Positions 30,739 to 41,511 of a stretch of 64,000 nt of DNA are shown piece after piece (positions within the stretch are counted from its first letter, which is position 1; each line of letters opens with the position of its first letter). A model generated the notes under the pieces. It did not search any database, had not been told where the DNA came from, and saw only the letters and a program-made list of their open reading frames with translations. A program made the position numbers and the translations under genes. The DNA comes from an uncultured Methanoregulaceae archaeon (lineage in GTDB: Archaea > Halobacteriota > Methanomicrobia > Methanomicrobiales > Methanospirillaceae): NCBI GenBank assembly GCA_963705255.1, contig OY970061.1:2536651-2600650 (forward strand). The letters are read 5' to 3'.

Positions 30739-30987
30739 ATGGAGCCGAAGGATGGCAATACGTATATCGGCTGCCGGGTTTCCCCTGAATGGTTAAAAGT
30801 AATAGAAGAGAAATATGTCGGTCAGGGCAAAGAGTTCGAGAATATGTCCGACTTCCTCCGTTCTCTCATTCAGGATAAAATAGATCCGAAGCGCCGGCGT
30901 GAAAAGCTTAAGAGTGAGGTTTGGGAGATTCTGAATGATCCAGACTCTCGCCAGTTAATTGGTCTGCCTCCCAATCCAGGTCCATAA
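30739..30987 (+). CDS. Ribbon-helix-helix transcription regulator
   Basis: TYIGCRVSPEWLKVIEEKYV...FENMSDFLRSLIQDKI (strand-helix-helix with an SDFLR helix B). Confidence 0.75.
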   Translation: MEPKDGNTYIGCRVSPEWLKVIEEKYVGQGKEFENMSDFLRSLIQDKIDPKRRREKLKSEVWEILNDPDSRQLIGLPPNPGP

Positions 30988-31277
30988 CTAGTTCCCGTAT
31001 AATCTCAATAAGCTCATCCCTCTCTTCCTTTGAGATCGTATAAGGTCATCTCTTGATCATGGGACTGATTGTATTACCTTACGAATAATGTTTCTACGAA
31101 TCAGTATGAAAATGAAATAATCAGCCTGAGAATTTTGGCTCTTTCAGGTCATCGGCAGCTTCCTTCCTACTGCCGACCCGAGTAACCAGCGGGCATTTCC
31201 GCAATCTCTTTTGAAACCATGAGCGATAACTGGCTGATGAAAAATTTTCTGAACTGGTGATAGTGTAATTGTTTTCT

Positions 31278-31569
31278 TATGAGTTCTTCTTATTCTCGAG
31301 GTCCCGCTGAAACTTCTCCGGAAATCGGAGAGGTTTCTTAAACCTCGACGAGGAGAATCAGAGAGGTTTCTCGTAAACCTCGATGAAGAGAAGTGAGGCA
31401 ATGAGCCAAACTTCGAATGAAGGCGTGAACCTACCTTCGACCTAAACGAAGAACTCCGATGAGTTCTTCTTATCCTCGTGGTCCTGATGAATCTCTCCGG
31501 AAATCGAAGAACACTGATGCGTTCTTCTCTTGTCTCGATGACGTTGTCGTGTCGACATCCCCAAGAGCG
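31278..31569. repeat. Modular palindromic repeat, copy R2
   Basis: 31356-31569 is a close reverse complement of 35796-36010. Confidence 0.9.
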
Positions 31570-31680
31570 ACTGCATGGTTCCCTGCGAATCTCAGCAGAG
31601 CCGACGGAGCATGAAAAATGTATCAGCTCCCTTTCCGGACTCCTGCAGAAAATCCGTATGTTTAAATACGAACGGTGATA

Positions 31681-31699
31681 ACTGACTGACTAGTCAATT
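31681..31699 (+). promoter_or_regulatory. Putative TetR operator downstream of a TATA box
   Basis: TGACTAGTCA palindrome about 20 bp after TTTAAATA (31661); the operon contains a TetR gene. Confidence 0.5.
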
Positions 31700-31714
31700 T
31701 ACAGGGTGTCCCTG

Positions 31715-32938
31715 ATGCTTTACCGAACAGTTCCAAAAACCGGTGACAACCTCTCCATCCTCGGTTTCGGCTGCATGCGTCTTCCCTCAACACGGACCGG
31801 AGGAGTGGATGAAGCACGCGCCATCCGCCAGATCCGGCACGCGATCGATGGCGGTGTCAATTATGTTGACACAGCCCCTGTCTACCACCTCGGGAAGAGC
31901 GAGCAGGTGCTGGGCAGGGCGCTTGCCGGCGGCTACCGGGAGAAAGTCCGGATTGCCACGAAACTCCCCCACTGGTCCGTGTACGAACGTGCCGACATGG
32001 ACCGTATCCTTGATGCGCAGCTGAAGACCCTGCAGACCGACCACGTCGACTACTACCTGCTCCACAGTCTTGGCAAAGGCAGTTTTGAAAAACTTCTCGG
32101 TCTTGGCGTCCTCGAATTTCTCGACGCCGCAAAGAGAGACGGGAGGATCCGGAACGCCGGCTTCTCGTTCCATGACAATCTGGCGGCCTTCAAGGAGATC
32201 GTCGATTCGTATGACTGGCAGTTCTGCCAGATCCAGTACAACTATCTCGATGAGCAGAACCAGGCAGGGACCGAAGGGCTCAGGTATGCGGCAGAGAAAG
32301 GGCTGGCCGTCATCGTCATGGAACCTTTGCGGGGCGGGAACCTTGCCGGCAGGATCCCCCCGTCGATCCAGAAGATCTGGGACGAAGCACCGCTCAAACG
32401 GTCTCCGGCCGAATGGGGCCTCCGCTGGGTCTGGGACCACCCGGAAGTGACCGTTGTCCTCTCGGGCATGAACGATGAAGCACACATCGATGAAAACCTC
32501 CGGGTTGCGGGCAGTGCCCTCCCGGGCTCCCTTTCCGGCGATGAACACGCACTTATTGGCAGGGTGAGGGATGAGTACCGGCGGCTGATGAAGGTCGGAT
32601 GCACGGGCTGCGGCTACTGCATGCCATGCCCGGCCGGGGTCGATATCCCCGGTTGTTTCGCAAGCTACAACGCCCATGCACTCTTCCCCCATGACAGGAC
32701 GGCAAAGTTCCAGTATATCGGAAGACATGGCGGCCTTATCGGTGACAGGTCCCATGCCGGGTTGTGCCGGCAGTGCGGGAAGTGTGCCAAATCCTGTCCG
32801 CAGCACCTCCCGATCCCATCCCTGATGAAAGACGTCTCAAAGGAGATGGAAGGGATGATGGGCGTCGCCGTACCGGTCCTCCGGGGGTACTCTGGTGCGC
32901 GAACAGGGCCGGGAGGTACGCCGGGCAATAACCGGTGA
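31715..32938 (+). CDS. Aldo/keto reductase with C-terminal 4Fe-4S domain
   Basis: LGFGCMRLP, NYVDTA, VMEPLRGG, CTGCGYCMPCP, CRQCGKCAKSCPQ; extreme C-terminus uncertain. Confidence 0.92.
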   Translation: MLYRTVPKTGDNLSILGFGCMRLPSTRTGGVDEARAIRQIRHAIDGGVNYVDTAPVYHLGKSEQVLGRALAGGYREKVRIATKLPHWSVYERADMDRILDAQLKTLQTDHVDYYLLHSLGKGSFEKLLGLGVLEFLDAAKRDGRIRNAGFSFHDNLAAFKEIVDSYDWQFCQIQYNYLDEQNQAGTEGLRYAAEKGLAVIVMEPLRGGNLAGRIPPSIQKIWDEAPLKRSPAEWGLRWVWDHPEVTVVLSGMNDEAHIDENLRVAGSALPGSLSGDEHALIGRVRDEYRRLMKVGCTGCGYCMPCPAGVDIPGCFASYNAHALFPHDRTAKFQYIGRHGGLIGDRSHAGLCRQCGKCAKSCPQHLPIPSLMKDVSKEMEGMMGVAVPVLRGYSGARTGPGGTPGNNR

Positions 32939-32946
32939 GAACCCTC

Positions 32947-33579
32947 ATGCCTGATAAGGGGAATGACAAACAGGAGGCGATCCTGGATACGGCACTCACC
33001 CTGTTCACCGAACGGGGCTTCTTTGGCACACCAACATCCCTGATATCGAAGGAAGCAGGGGTCGCGACCGGTACCCTTTTCTTCTATTTCAGGACCAAGG
33101 AGGATCTCATCGATACCCTCTACTGCCGGATCAAGGCTGAAGCCGCGGCAGCGATGTGCCGGGGGCTTGGAGAGGAACCCGGGGTCAGGGACAAGCTCCA
33201 CCGGATCGGCAGGAACGCAGTATCGTGGGGGGCAGCATACCCGGAGAAGATGAAGTTTCTCGAACTCTTCGCGCACTCGCCGTTTGTATCCACAACTGCC
33301 CAGGAGGAGGGGATGTCCCGGTTCCTGTTCCTGAAGGATCTCGTGGCGGACGGGATCCGGGAGGGCGTGATCCGGGACCGCGATCCCCACCTCATCTTCA
33401 GCATGATGGCAACATCCCTCTCCGGACTGGGCTCCCGGATCTCCTGCACGGAAGACCCGGGCGAGCGGGAGAACCTCATCGAAGAGGGGCTTGACATCAT
33501 CTGGAACGGTCTCCGGGCAGGACCGGATGGAGTACGGAAAGGAAGCAGGAATACGGAAAAGAGGAAGATGACACCATGA
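32947..33579 (+). CDS. TetR/AcrR-family regulator
   Basis: ILDTALTLFTERGF...ISKEAGVATGTLFFYFRTKEDL. Confidence 0.92.
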   Translation: MPDKGNDKQEAILDTALTLFTERGFFGTPTSLISKEAGVATGTLFFYFRTKEDLIDTLYCRIKAEAAAAMCRGLGEEPGVRDKLHRIGRNAVSWGAAYPEKMKFLELFAHSPFVSTTAQEEGMSRFLFLKDLVADGIREGVIRDRDPHLIFSMMATSLSGLGSRISCTEDPGERENLIEEGLDIIWNGLRAGPDGVRKGSRNTEKRKMTP

Positions 33580-34301
33580 CGACAATTCTGGAGACAAAGG
33601 ACCTGTCGAAAACCTATGGCGAGGTAAAGGCAGTCGACCATGTGACCCTGGCTGTCGGGGAAGGAGCCCTGTTCGGCCTTCTCGGCCCCAACGGGTCGGG
33701 CAAGACGACGATGATCAGGATGCTGACGGGCCAGACCCGGCCGACCGGCGGCTCGGCAACGGTTCTCGGCCTTGATGTGGTAGAGAACCCGGTCAAGGTC
33801 CGGGAGAAGGTGGGGATAATCCCCGAACAGGAGACCCCGCCCAGCTTCCTGACTGCCATGGAGTACCTGGATTTCGTAGGGGCGATCCGGAACATACCGG
33901 ACGTGACGAAACGTGCAGACTGGTGGTTCGATTTCCTTGATTTCGGGGACAAGAAAGATGTGCTCTGCAAGGACCTGTCCCGGGGGACCCGGCAGAAACT
34001 GATGTTTGCCCAGGCGTTCATCCATGAACCGGCGCTCGCTCTCATCGACGAACCGCTGATCAACTTCGACCCGATCATGCAGGACGTGGTCAAGGAGTAC
34101 CTGTCGGGGTATGTCAAATCCGGCAGGACGATTTTCATCTCGACCCATATCCTCGAGGTGGCTGAGGAGATCTGCTCGGGTTTTGCGATCCTGCACAAGG
34201 GAAAACTGCTGCATACCGGGCCGGTTGCCGAGCTGACCGGGAGAAACGAGCACCTGTCCGACTTCTTCCTCTCGCTTGTCCGGAAGGATCGCGATGCCTG
34301 A
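33576..34301 (+). CDS. ABC-2-type exporter ATP-binding protein
   Basis: GPNGSGKTT, LSRGTRQK, IDEP, STH. Confidence 0.92.
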   Translation: MTTILETKDLSKTYGEVKAVDHVTLAVGEGALFGLLGPNGSGKTTMIRMLTGQTRPTGGSATVLGLDVVENPVKVREKVGIIPEQETPPSFLTAMEYLDFVGAIRNIPDVTKRADWWFDFLDFGDKKDVLCKDLSRGTRQKLMFAQAFIHEPALALIDEPLINFDPIMQDVVKEYLSGYVKSGRTIFISTHILEVAEEICSGFAILHKGKLLHTGPVAELTGRNEHLSDFFLSLVRKDRDA

Positions 34302-35699
34302 ACTGTTCATCGGCATGATGAAAGAGGAGTGGCGTATCCATTCCACCATGTTCGGGAGCTTCTCCTTTGCCATGTTCCCGGTCATGATCTTCGGGATCGC
34401 GTTCATGGGCTCGTTCCTCCTCCCCCTGATGCGGACAGCGCTTCCCGCCGGCAACCTTGCGCTGGTCATCCATGCAAACTTCCTCCTGCTCGGGTTCATG
34501 GTCGGGGCGTTCGGGCTCCTGGCGGGCGAAGTCATGAACCGGCGGTTCGGCCAGGCAAGCCTCCTCTCGTATTCCGCCCGGAGCCTGCCGCTCCCGGAGC
34601 GGTTCATCTTTCTCAATTTTGTCATCAAGGACACGGTTTACTACTTCTTCCTCTGGGTCTTCCCCTTCGGTCTCGGGTATATCGCTGCGTCCCCGTTCAC
34701 CGGTGTAACCCTGGTGCAAGCCCTCCTGCTCCTTCTTACCCTGACGCTCTCGTTCCTTTTCGGCCTGTGCGTGATATTTTTCCTTTCTGCAGTCTATGCC
34801 TATTCAAAACGTGCACTCTGGCTGCTCGTTCTCGTGCTCGGTGCAGGGTGGGGGGCCCTTGTTGCGGTGACCGGTATAAACCCGGCGCTCTTTTCCCCCC
34901 GCTCCTGCTCTATTCGTCGTTTACGCTGGTCAATCTCCTCGTTTCATGCGCGATCCTTATCGTCCTTTTCGGTGCGTCAATCATGCTTTTCAGCCCTGAA
35001 TATTCGGGGCCCGCAAAAAAATTCACCAACGCATTTGCACCTCTTGTACGAAACCTGTCATTCTTCCCCCACCCGCCCCTTGCCGCAAAGGACATGATCG
35101 ACATGTACCGGAGCGGGAGCGTGGTCGGCCAGACGCTTTTCTCGTTCCTCATCCCGCTCGGCGTGATCTGGTTCTTCCTCTCCCTGCTCGGGCGGTACCT
35201 GCCCCCTCATGGCCTGTTGTTCATGTTTGCCATTCTCACCGGCGTGATCGGGTCGACCATGTACACATGGGTCACGATGTTCGACACCTTCGGCCCGTAC
35301 GCCTGCCTGCCGGTCGCTGTCAGCACGCTGATCGAGAGCAAGATCGCCAGCTTCTCCCTGCTGCAGCTGGTGCCCGCAGTATTTATTGCGGTTGTCGCGA
35401 CCCTTTCCGGAGAACTGCTGTATCTGGTTCCTGCCGCAGTCCTCTGCCTTTCGGTCTCGTTCTATTCGGTGGCGGTTACCGTCTGGCTTACCGGGCTCTC
35501 CCCCAGTGTGCTGGTGTATGACGTGAAAGTTCTCTTCACGTATCTCGTCGGTGTCGGGATTGCCCTCACGATCCTTACCGGGTTGGCATTCGCCAGCCCG
35601 GATTACGCATTTGTGTCGGCAGTTCTATTCGTGCCGGCGTGGCTGGTCGTCAGGAAAGCAAAGGTAAAGTGGGATGCTGTCGACCCGGCGGGATTTTAA
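34294..35699 (+). CDS. Multi-TM ABC exporter permease; frameshift in a T/C run near 34893
   Basis: Hydrophobic N-half in ORF 34276..35097 joins the hydrophobic C-half of ORF 34329..35699. Confidence 0.75.
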
Positions 35700-35795
35700 T
35701 CCTTTTTTGCTTTGGAGTATTTTTCCGGTAAAATCCCGGGGAACTGCAGTCCCCGGTTTCATCTACGCTGGAGAAATTATCAGAAATTCTCTCAG

Positions 35796-36012
35796 CGCTC
35801 TTGGGGGATGTCGATATGACGGAGTCATGGAGACAAGGGAGGAACGCATCAGCGTTCTTCGATTTCCGGAGAGGTTCATCAGGACCTCGAGGATAAGAAG
35901 AACTCATCGGAGTTCTTCGACTAGGTCGAAGGTCGGCTCACGCCTCCCTTCGAAGTTTGGCTCATTGCCTCACTTCTCTTCATCGAGGTTTTTGAGAAAC
36001 CTCTCCGATTTC
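35796..36012. repeat. Modular palindromic repeat, copy R3 (inverted relative to R2)
   Basis: Same module order as R2 in reverse complement; abuts the stop codon of the PKD gene. Confidence 0.9.
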
Positions 36013-37577
36013 AGAGGTCTCCTCCCCGGTGGCGTCCGCGCTGTTCGGGTTTTTTCCTGAGCAGGTGAAGTATTCCGGCACCAATGAAGAGAATGACGAT
36101 GATGATGAGGGCCGGAAGAGCCCAGGATGAAAGATCCGGTGCGGGGGAAGCAGGACTGTTCTGGCTTGTCGTCGGTGCCGGGGCTGTTGTCGTGGTACTC
36201 ACTACAGTTGACGTCGGGGAAACCGTTGTTGTTGTTTGTTGGGCTGAGGGCGCAACAGCAGTTATATACCCGGTCTTTGTCACTGAATCGCTGCCTCCGC
36301 CATTGACCGCGATGAGCGAGACCGAATATTTTCCCGGGACGGAATACGTATGCGACGGGTTCTGCCGGGGAGATGTCGTTCCGTCACCGAATGCCCATGT
36401 CCATGCCGTCGGGTTGTTGGATGAAGTGTCCGAGAAACTCACCGTGAAAGGGGTGGGTCCGGAAGTCAGATCGGAAGTGAAGGAAGCGACAGGGCGTGCC
36501 GGGTTCACGGTAGTATAGTTATACTTGGTCACGCTCTGGTTACCGCCATAATTTGTGGCCGTAAGCGAGACCGTGAACGTTCCCGGGGTCGTGTAGGTGT
36601 ACACCGGGTTCTGGAGGGCTGACGTGCCGCCGTCACCGAATGACCAGGCCCACGCAGTGGGGGAGTTGATGGAGGTATCATTGAAGGTTACTGAAAGGGG
36701 TGCTGATCCGGAAGTTATGTTCGATGTGAATGCCGCAACCGGAGGCGGTTGTGCGGTTACTCCCACATACCCTGAACTGACCGTGGACGCACTCCCGCCA
36801 TAATTTGTTGCCGTGAGCGAGACCGTGTACGTTCCCGGGGTTGTGTAGGTGTGGACCGGGTTCTGGAGGGTCTGACGTGCCGCCGTCACCGAACGACCAG
36901 GCCCACGCAGTGGGGGAGTTGGAGGACAGATCCGTGAAACTGACTGCGAGGGGCACCGTTCCCGAGGTTGTATTCGCGCCGAACGAGACTACCGGAGCCA
37001 ATGCCTTATTTGCCGTGATGAAGTTCTGGTCAGAATAGGTGTTACTGCCACCATAATTGGTCACGGTGAGCAATACCGTGTACGTACCGGGGATCGTGTA
37101 CGTATGCGACGGGTTCTGGGAGGTATTCCACCCACCGTCACCGAACGACCAGGCCCACGCGGATGGAGAATTGGAAGAAGTATCGGTGAAATTAACCGTA
37201 AAAGGCACGGTACCGTAGGTTATGTTTGCGGTGAAGGAGGCAACCGGAAGTACCGGCTTGTTCGCCGTAATGTAATTGGATACCGTATCCGTGTTACTCC
37301 CGGCCGCATTGGTAACGGTGAGCGAAACTGTGTACGTTCCCTGCGTCAGATACGTGTGCACAGGGTTCTGGAGCGATGATGTTCCTCCATCTCCGAATGT
37401 CCATGTCCAGGAAGACGGCCCATTGCTCGATACATCGATGAACTGGACCGTCATCGGCGCCTGCCCCGTGGTGATATTTGATGCGAACGCCGCAACCGGG
37501 GGGGTCTGATCAGCTGACACAGGGAGTATGAGCAGCATGATGGCAAAGAGCACAAGCCAGATACCTGTCGTCTTCAT
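36011..37577 (-). CDS. PKD-repeat cell-surface protein (5 PKD domains, Thr-rich linker, C-terminal TM); frameshift near 36870
   Basis: Signal peptide; repeated WxWxFGDG...QNPxHTY...GTYTVSLT units; TM followed by a basic tail. Confidence 0.92.
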
Positions 37578-37973
37578 AGGTCCCCATCCAACAATCGTTT
37601 TACTCCGGATACATAACACGACAAGGTCTGCATATCTCCATCTCTCTGGAAATTAGATATTACGAATTGTTATTAAATAGTTGCCGATGGCGTTTGAGCA
37701 ATCCGGGACCGGAAACCCCGTGGGGATACAGCGTATCTGCCTTTCTCTTCCATTTTTTCATCAGAAACCCGTGCGTGATCCTGTATTGGCAGACAATCCT
37801 CAGGCATAGGCCGCAGCAGAATATAAGCGAATGAGCAGAAAAATAAGGTTTCAACAGAGCCCGCGAATTCTATTGCCTCGCAAAAGGACCCAGGGCTGAC
37901 CCGGGTCCGGCCCAGGTAATCTCTTTGTCAGGTACTTGTTCAAGGCGAATGGTTATCCTGATGGAGGTCAAAC

Positions 37974-39371
37974 GTGAGAAATACACCGAACATGACAGCG
38001 CCGCAGTTCTTCCCGATCCCACGCGACCTTCGCGCTCTTGCATGCGATGCCGTGAACAGACACGTAGCACCACTGCCATTTGAACGGGACGGAGTCCGGG
38101 TGACTGAGGAACTGGTGGGCATCACGCTTGAGTGCCTCAACGCGGAATTCTCAAAGACTCTCGCCATCGTAGCAAAAGCAATGATTGCATCCCATATGCC
38201 GGAAGGACTTGACCGGTGTCTTGAGCAGCGGCTGAACATCGACGGGCGCCCGACATCCGCGGTGATCGCTGAAATAGTGTGCCGTGCCAGCATCGCTGAA
38301 AAGACCGAGGTACTTGACCTCAGCACGCACCGGAAGGTCCGGGGGATACGGTTGCTGCCATCCTGGACCTGGCATGGGTATTCCGAACCGCTGAAGACCG
38401 TCATGACCGTTGCCGACTCCGGATCCAGTTCCCTGTCATTATCATGGATGAATCTCTGTCCGGTCTGCAGGACCGGATCACTCAGCCGTGTCTCCGGCAG
38501 GCAGTTGTTTGGTCTGCCTTATACAGAATATTTCATCGAGTGTTCATATTGCGGTGCGAAATTCGTCCCTGCCGGGGAACAGTTCCGCCTGGTATCGGTA
38601 GCCTTTGTGCGGGACCCGCTATGGAAATCCAACCTTGACAAGACATATCCGCCTGAGACCTGGTCGGCCATCGCGCGAAATACCGGCCGGGTCTCACAAA
38701 AACCAAGGAAAGATCCCGACAGGGAAGAGCTGCATGAACCGGGCAAAAAGGCCAACTTCGGGGTTTTTCTCCCCATGAAGGACGGTTCCGGTGCAGTCCA
38801 GTGCGGACAGAAAACCCTCTATTTCAGACCCGCCCGGCTGGTATTTTCCGGGGGGGCGAAGAACGATATTTTTACCTGGGCACAAAAGTCACTCCATGAA
38901 ATTCTTGAACTGCCCCCGTATCGTCACCTCAAGGAGCCTGTCCTTGCCCGGTACTCCCGGTACCTTTCTCTCAGGGTCGGTCTGTTCCTGTGGGAACGCA
39001 AGGAACGGCACGACCCCTTCTATCGTGAATTCCTCAATCCTTATGGCGATGAAAAATACGGCAGTTTCCGGATGAAGGAATGCGATGAAGCAGGAAAAAA
39101 AGGAATCTTTCTGGTAGTCGAAGACGGGAGAATTGTCCATGCAGGCTGCTGCGATGACAGCTTCCGGAAGATGATCGATGAGTATCTGGGCCGCGTATCC
39201 TCGCATGACTGTTATCGTGACGGGGACAGCATACGGTGCAGGATCAACTCCCTGCTGGTTGCCAGAAAAAAAGATGCCGGGATATTTCTCCACTGCGTAG
39301 CTGATGATCAGGAGCGTCTGCACATTGCCGAAACACTTGGAGCTGCTTCAACCGGTGCTCATGACCCTTGA
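37974..39371 (+). CDS. Hypothetical protein with zinc ribbon and degenerate GIY-YIG-like C-terminal domain
   Basis: CPVC...CSYC; KGIFLVVEDGRIVHAG...CYRDGDSIRCRINSLL. Confidence 0.65.
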   Translation: MRNTPNMTAPQFFPIPRDLRALACDAVNRHVAPLPFERDGVRVTEELVGITLECLNAEFSKTLAIVAKAMIASHMPEGLDRCLEQRLNIDGRPTSAVIAEIVCRASIAEKTEVLDLSTHRKVRGIRLLPSWTWHGYSEPLKTVMTVADSGSSSLSLSWMNLCPVCRTGSLSRVSGRQLFGLPYTEYFIECSYCGAKFVPAGEQFRLVSVAFVRDPLWKSNLDKTYPPETWSAIARNTGRVSQKPRKDPDREELHEPGKKANFGVFLPMKDGSGAVQCGQKTLYFRPARLVFSGGAKNDIFTWAQKSLHEILELPPYRHLKEPVLARYSRYLSLRVGLFLWERKERHDPFYREFLNPYGDEKYGSFRMKECDEAGKKGIFLVVEDGRIVHAGCCDDSFRKMIDEYLGRVSSHDCYRDGDSIRCRINSLLVARKKDAGIFLHCVADDQERLHIAETLGAASTGAHDP

Positions 39372-39472
39372 AAAAATGGCAGAACACTCAGGAGTACCGA
39401 TCAGAGAATTTTTCTTATCCAATGAGAACATTATAGTTATCCAGTCCGGATACCGTGGATCGGAGCTCACTG

Positions 39473-40882
39473 ATGAAATGCCCATATTGCGGGATGAATG
39501 TACGGGATAATATCGTGGAATGCGGCTATTGCGGCAATAAAATACCCGGTCATCCGGGGAAATCTGCAGCTGCAGGGAGTAAACCGCCCGTCTCCGAAGG
39601 CACTCCGGGCCGTAAAGGGGGGGAGCATATACAACAACATGCAGATGAGCCCGGAAATGAGGATGAAGAGGGAGGTGGCCTTTCTGCATACCTTCAGCCT
39701 GGCGAACAGATCCGTATCGGTTCCCTCAATGTATCAGTCAAAAAATTTTTCTTCCACGCATACCTGACCGACAAGCGCATCTTCCTGATCGATACCCAGG
39801 AAAAGAAACTCAAGGTTACCGCCAAGGATGTCGCGCTCGATACGATAGCAGGAAGCATCGTCGAGCTCTCTGAAAACTCAGACCCTGTCCTCGTCCTGTC
39901 CATCCGGTCGCCGGATGACGAGATCAAGACAATGAAACTTGTCTTTGTCCAGAACGGTATGGATCGTTCGGCCGAGATTGACGAATGGATCTCCCTGCTC
40001 CAGGACAGCCACCCCCCCGGTAAACCTGCAAGGAAGACTTCAGCTGAGCCCGCAATGCCAGCGGAAGAACCGATATCTGACCGTCCTTTTGAAAGACCGG
40101 CGCGTAAGCAGGAACTCCAACCGACAAGGAAGCCGGTGAAGGATCACGAAAAGCAGCCCCCGGTCAAACGGCTCCTTTCGCTGTATAAAGTCCCCCAGGC
40201 AGAACCGGAATCCGGGCCCGGGCAGGAACCTGAACCGGAACCTGAGCCTGAAATTGTGACGCCTCCAAGACGGATGCAGGTGCGGCAGGTGGCTGAACCT
40301 GTGAAGAAAGTCGTTGCCACGGGATACACTAGGGAGGTCCCTCCGGTCAAGGGTTCAGAGGTCAAACCGGTAAGAAAGCCCGAAGTCCAGTCTGCCATGA
40401 AAGTCGCAATGAAAGGGGCTGTCAAGCCATTCCCGCAGCAGACTCCGCAACCGGTGAAACGTTCTGTTGTTGAACCTGTGCGGCGACAACTGGAGGACAC
40501 CGAGCCCGGGTACGAACCCGTCCCTCCCCGTCGTCCTGTTGTGGAGGAAACGTATCAGGAAAAGCCTGCACAGGAAGAGGGAGGAGATACGCCCCAGTTC
40601 TGCCATAACTGTGGAAAAAAGCTCCCCCATGCAGCAAATTTCTGCCCGGGGTGCGGCACAAAACTGAACCAGGGAAGGACGTTGCCGCATACCAGCCATT
40701 CGGTGACGACCCCTGAAAAGCGAGCGACAAGAACAAATCCGCCCCCCCATGAACACCGGCAGGCCCGGGAAGAGGAATCCGACGAAGATGAACCCGGGGA
40801 GGAGAGAGCGGTGAGGTCTCCCGTCAGGAAGGCGCCAAAAGGCAGCGAGATGACAATCCTCCACAAATTTTTAAGAAGATGA
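39473..40882 (+). CDS. Zinc-ribbon / PH-like domain protein with Pro-rich linker
   Basis: N-terminal CPYC..CGYC; AYLTDKRIFLID...EIDEWISLL; C-terminal CHNC..FCPGCG. Confidence 0.75.
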   Translation: MKCPYCGMNVRDNIVECGYCGNKIPGHPGKSAAAGSKPPVSEGTPGRKGGEHIQQHADEPGNEDEEGGGLSAYLQPGEQIRIGSLNVSVKKFFFHAYLTDKRIFLIDTQEKKLKVTAKDVALDTIAGSIVELSENSDPVLVLSIRSPDDEIKTMKLVFVQNGMDRSAEIDEWISLLQDSHPPGKPARKTSAEPAMPAEEPISDRPFERPARKQELQPTRKPVKDHEKQPPVKRLLSLYKVPQAEPESGPGQEPEPEPEPEIVTPPRRMQVRQVAEPVKKVVATGYTREVPPVKGSEVKPVRKPEVQSAMKVAMKGAVKPFPQQTPQPVKRSVVEPVRRQLEDTEPGYEPVPPRRPVVEETYQEKPAQEEGGDTPQFCHNCGKKLPHAANFCPGCGTKLNQGRTLPHTSHSVTTPEKRATRTNPPPHEHRQAREEESDEDEPGEERAVRSPVRKAPKGSEMTILHKFLRR

Positions 40883-40947
40883 GGGGGATTTTCGCTCTGT
40901 TGAAACCCTATTTTTCTAAATCATTTTCTTATACTCTGCTGCGGTCA

Positions 40948-41231
40948 GGAGGGTGACCCCCTCTCTCAGATCGAAGAACTCTGACGAGTTCTTCTCCAGC
41001 CTGCTCTTCCCTTGGAGAACAGCAGTCTCCCCGGAGGGGGAGGCATCCCAAGGGGGCACCCCCTTGAATCTCTGAGAGGTCTTCAGACCTCGAAGAGGAG
41101 AAGATTTACAAAGTAAATCTTCGATCCCATTGTCGGCGGGATTTTCATCAACCTTCTGAGGGACTATCGCTCTATGGGGGATGCCACAGTGGCGGGGGCG
41201 TAGGCATTATATGCCGTAGCCCCCAAGAGCG
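40948..41231. repeat. Modular palindromic repeat, copy R5, plus a short element with inverted ends
   Basis: Shares GTGACCCCCTCTCTCA, GAAGAACTCTGACGAGTTCTTC and CTGCTCTTCCC..AACAGCAG with R1; 41168-41231 is bounded by CGCTCTATGGGGG/CCCCCAAGAGCG. Confidence 0.85.
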
Positions 41232-41511
41232 TCGTAGTATATCTTTGAGCATTTCTCCAAAGCCGAATTCTCTTCTTGTTCTGCAGATTTATTCCGGAAA
41301 AATAAATTCATGTGAGTAAAATGTTTTCAGTTATTCCTGTCTCGTTAATTCAGATCTTATTTTTTACTGACCGTGGCCGATGGCAAATCCATACCTGAAC
41401 AGAGAAAAAAAATTACTCACAATAATAAAAATAAGGCAACAATTGTATTTTTAGAAATTGTTATATGAACTCCAGTCCCTTGTACTATTACGAAGTTCCA
41501 CGAGGAAATCA

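Noticed and set aside
35674-36060. ORFs sharing peptides such as LPHFSSSRF.RNLSD (also 31144..31401, 51789..52331, 3759..4301)
   Set aside because: They are translations of the palindromic repeat family, not a protein family
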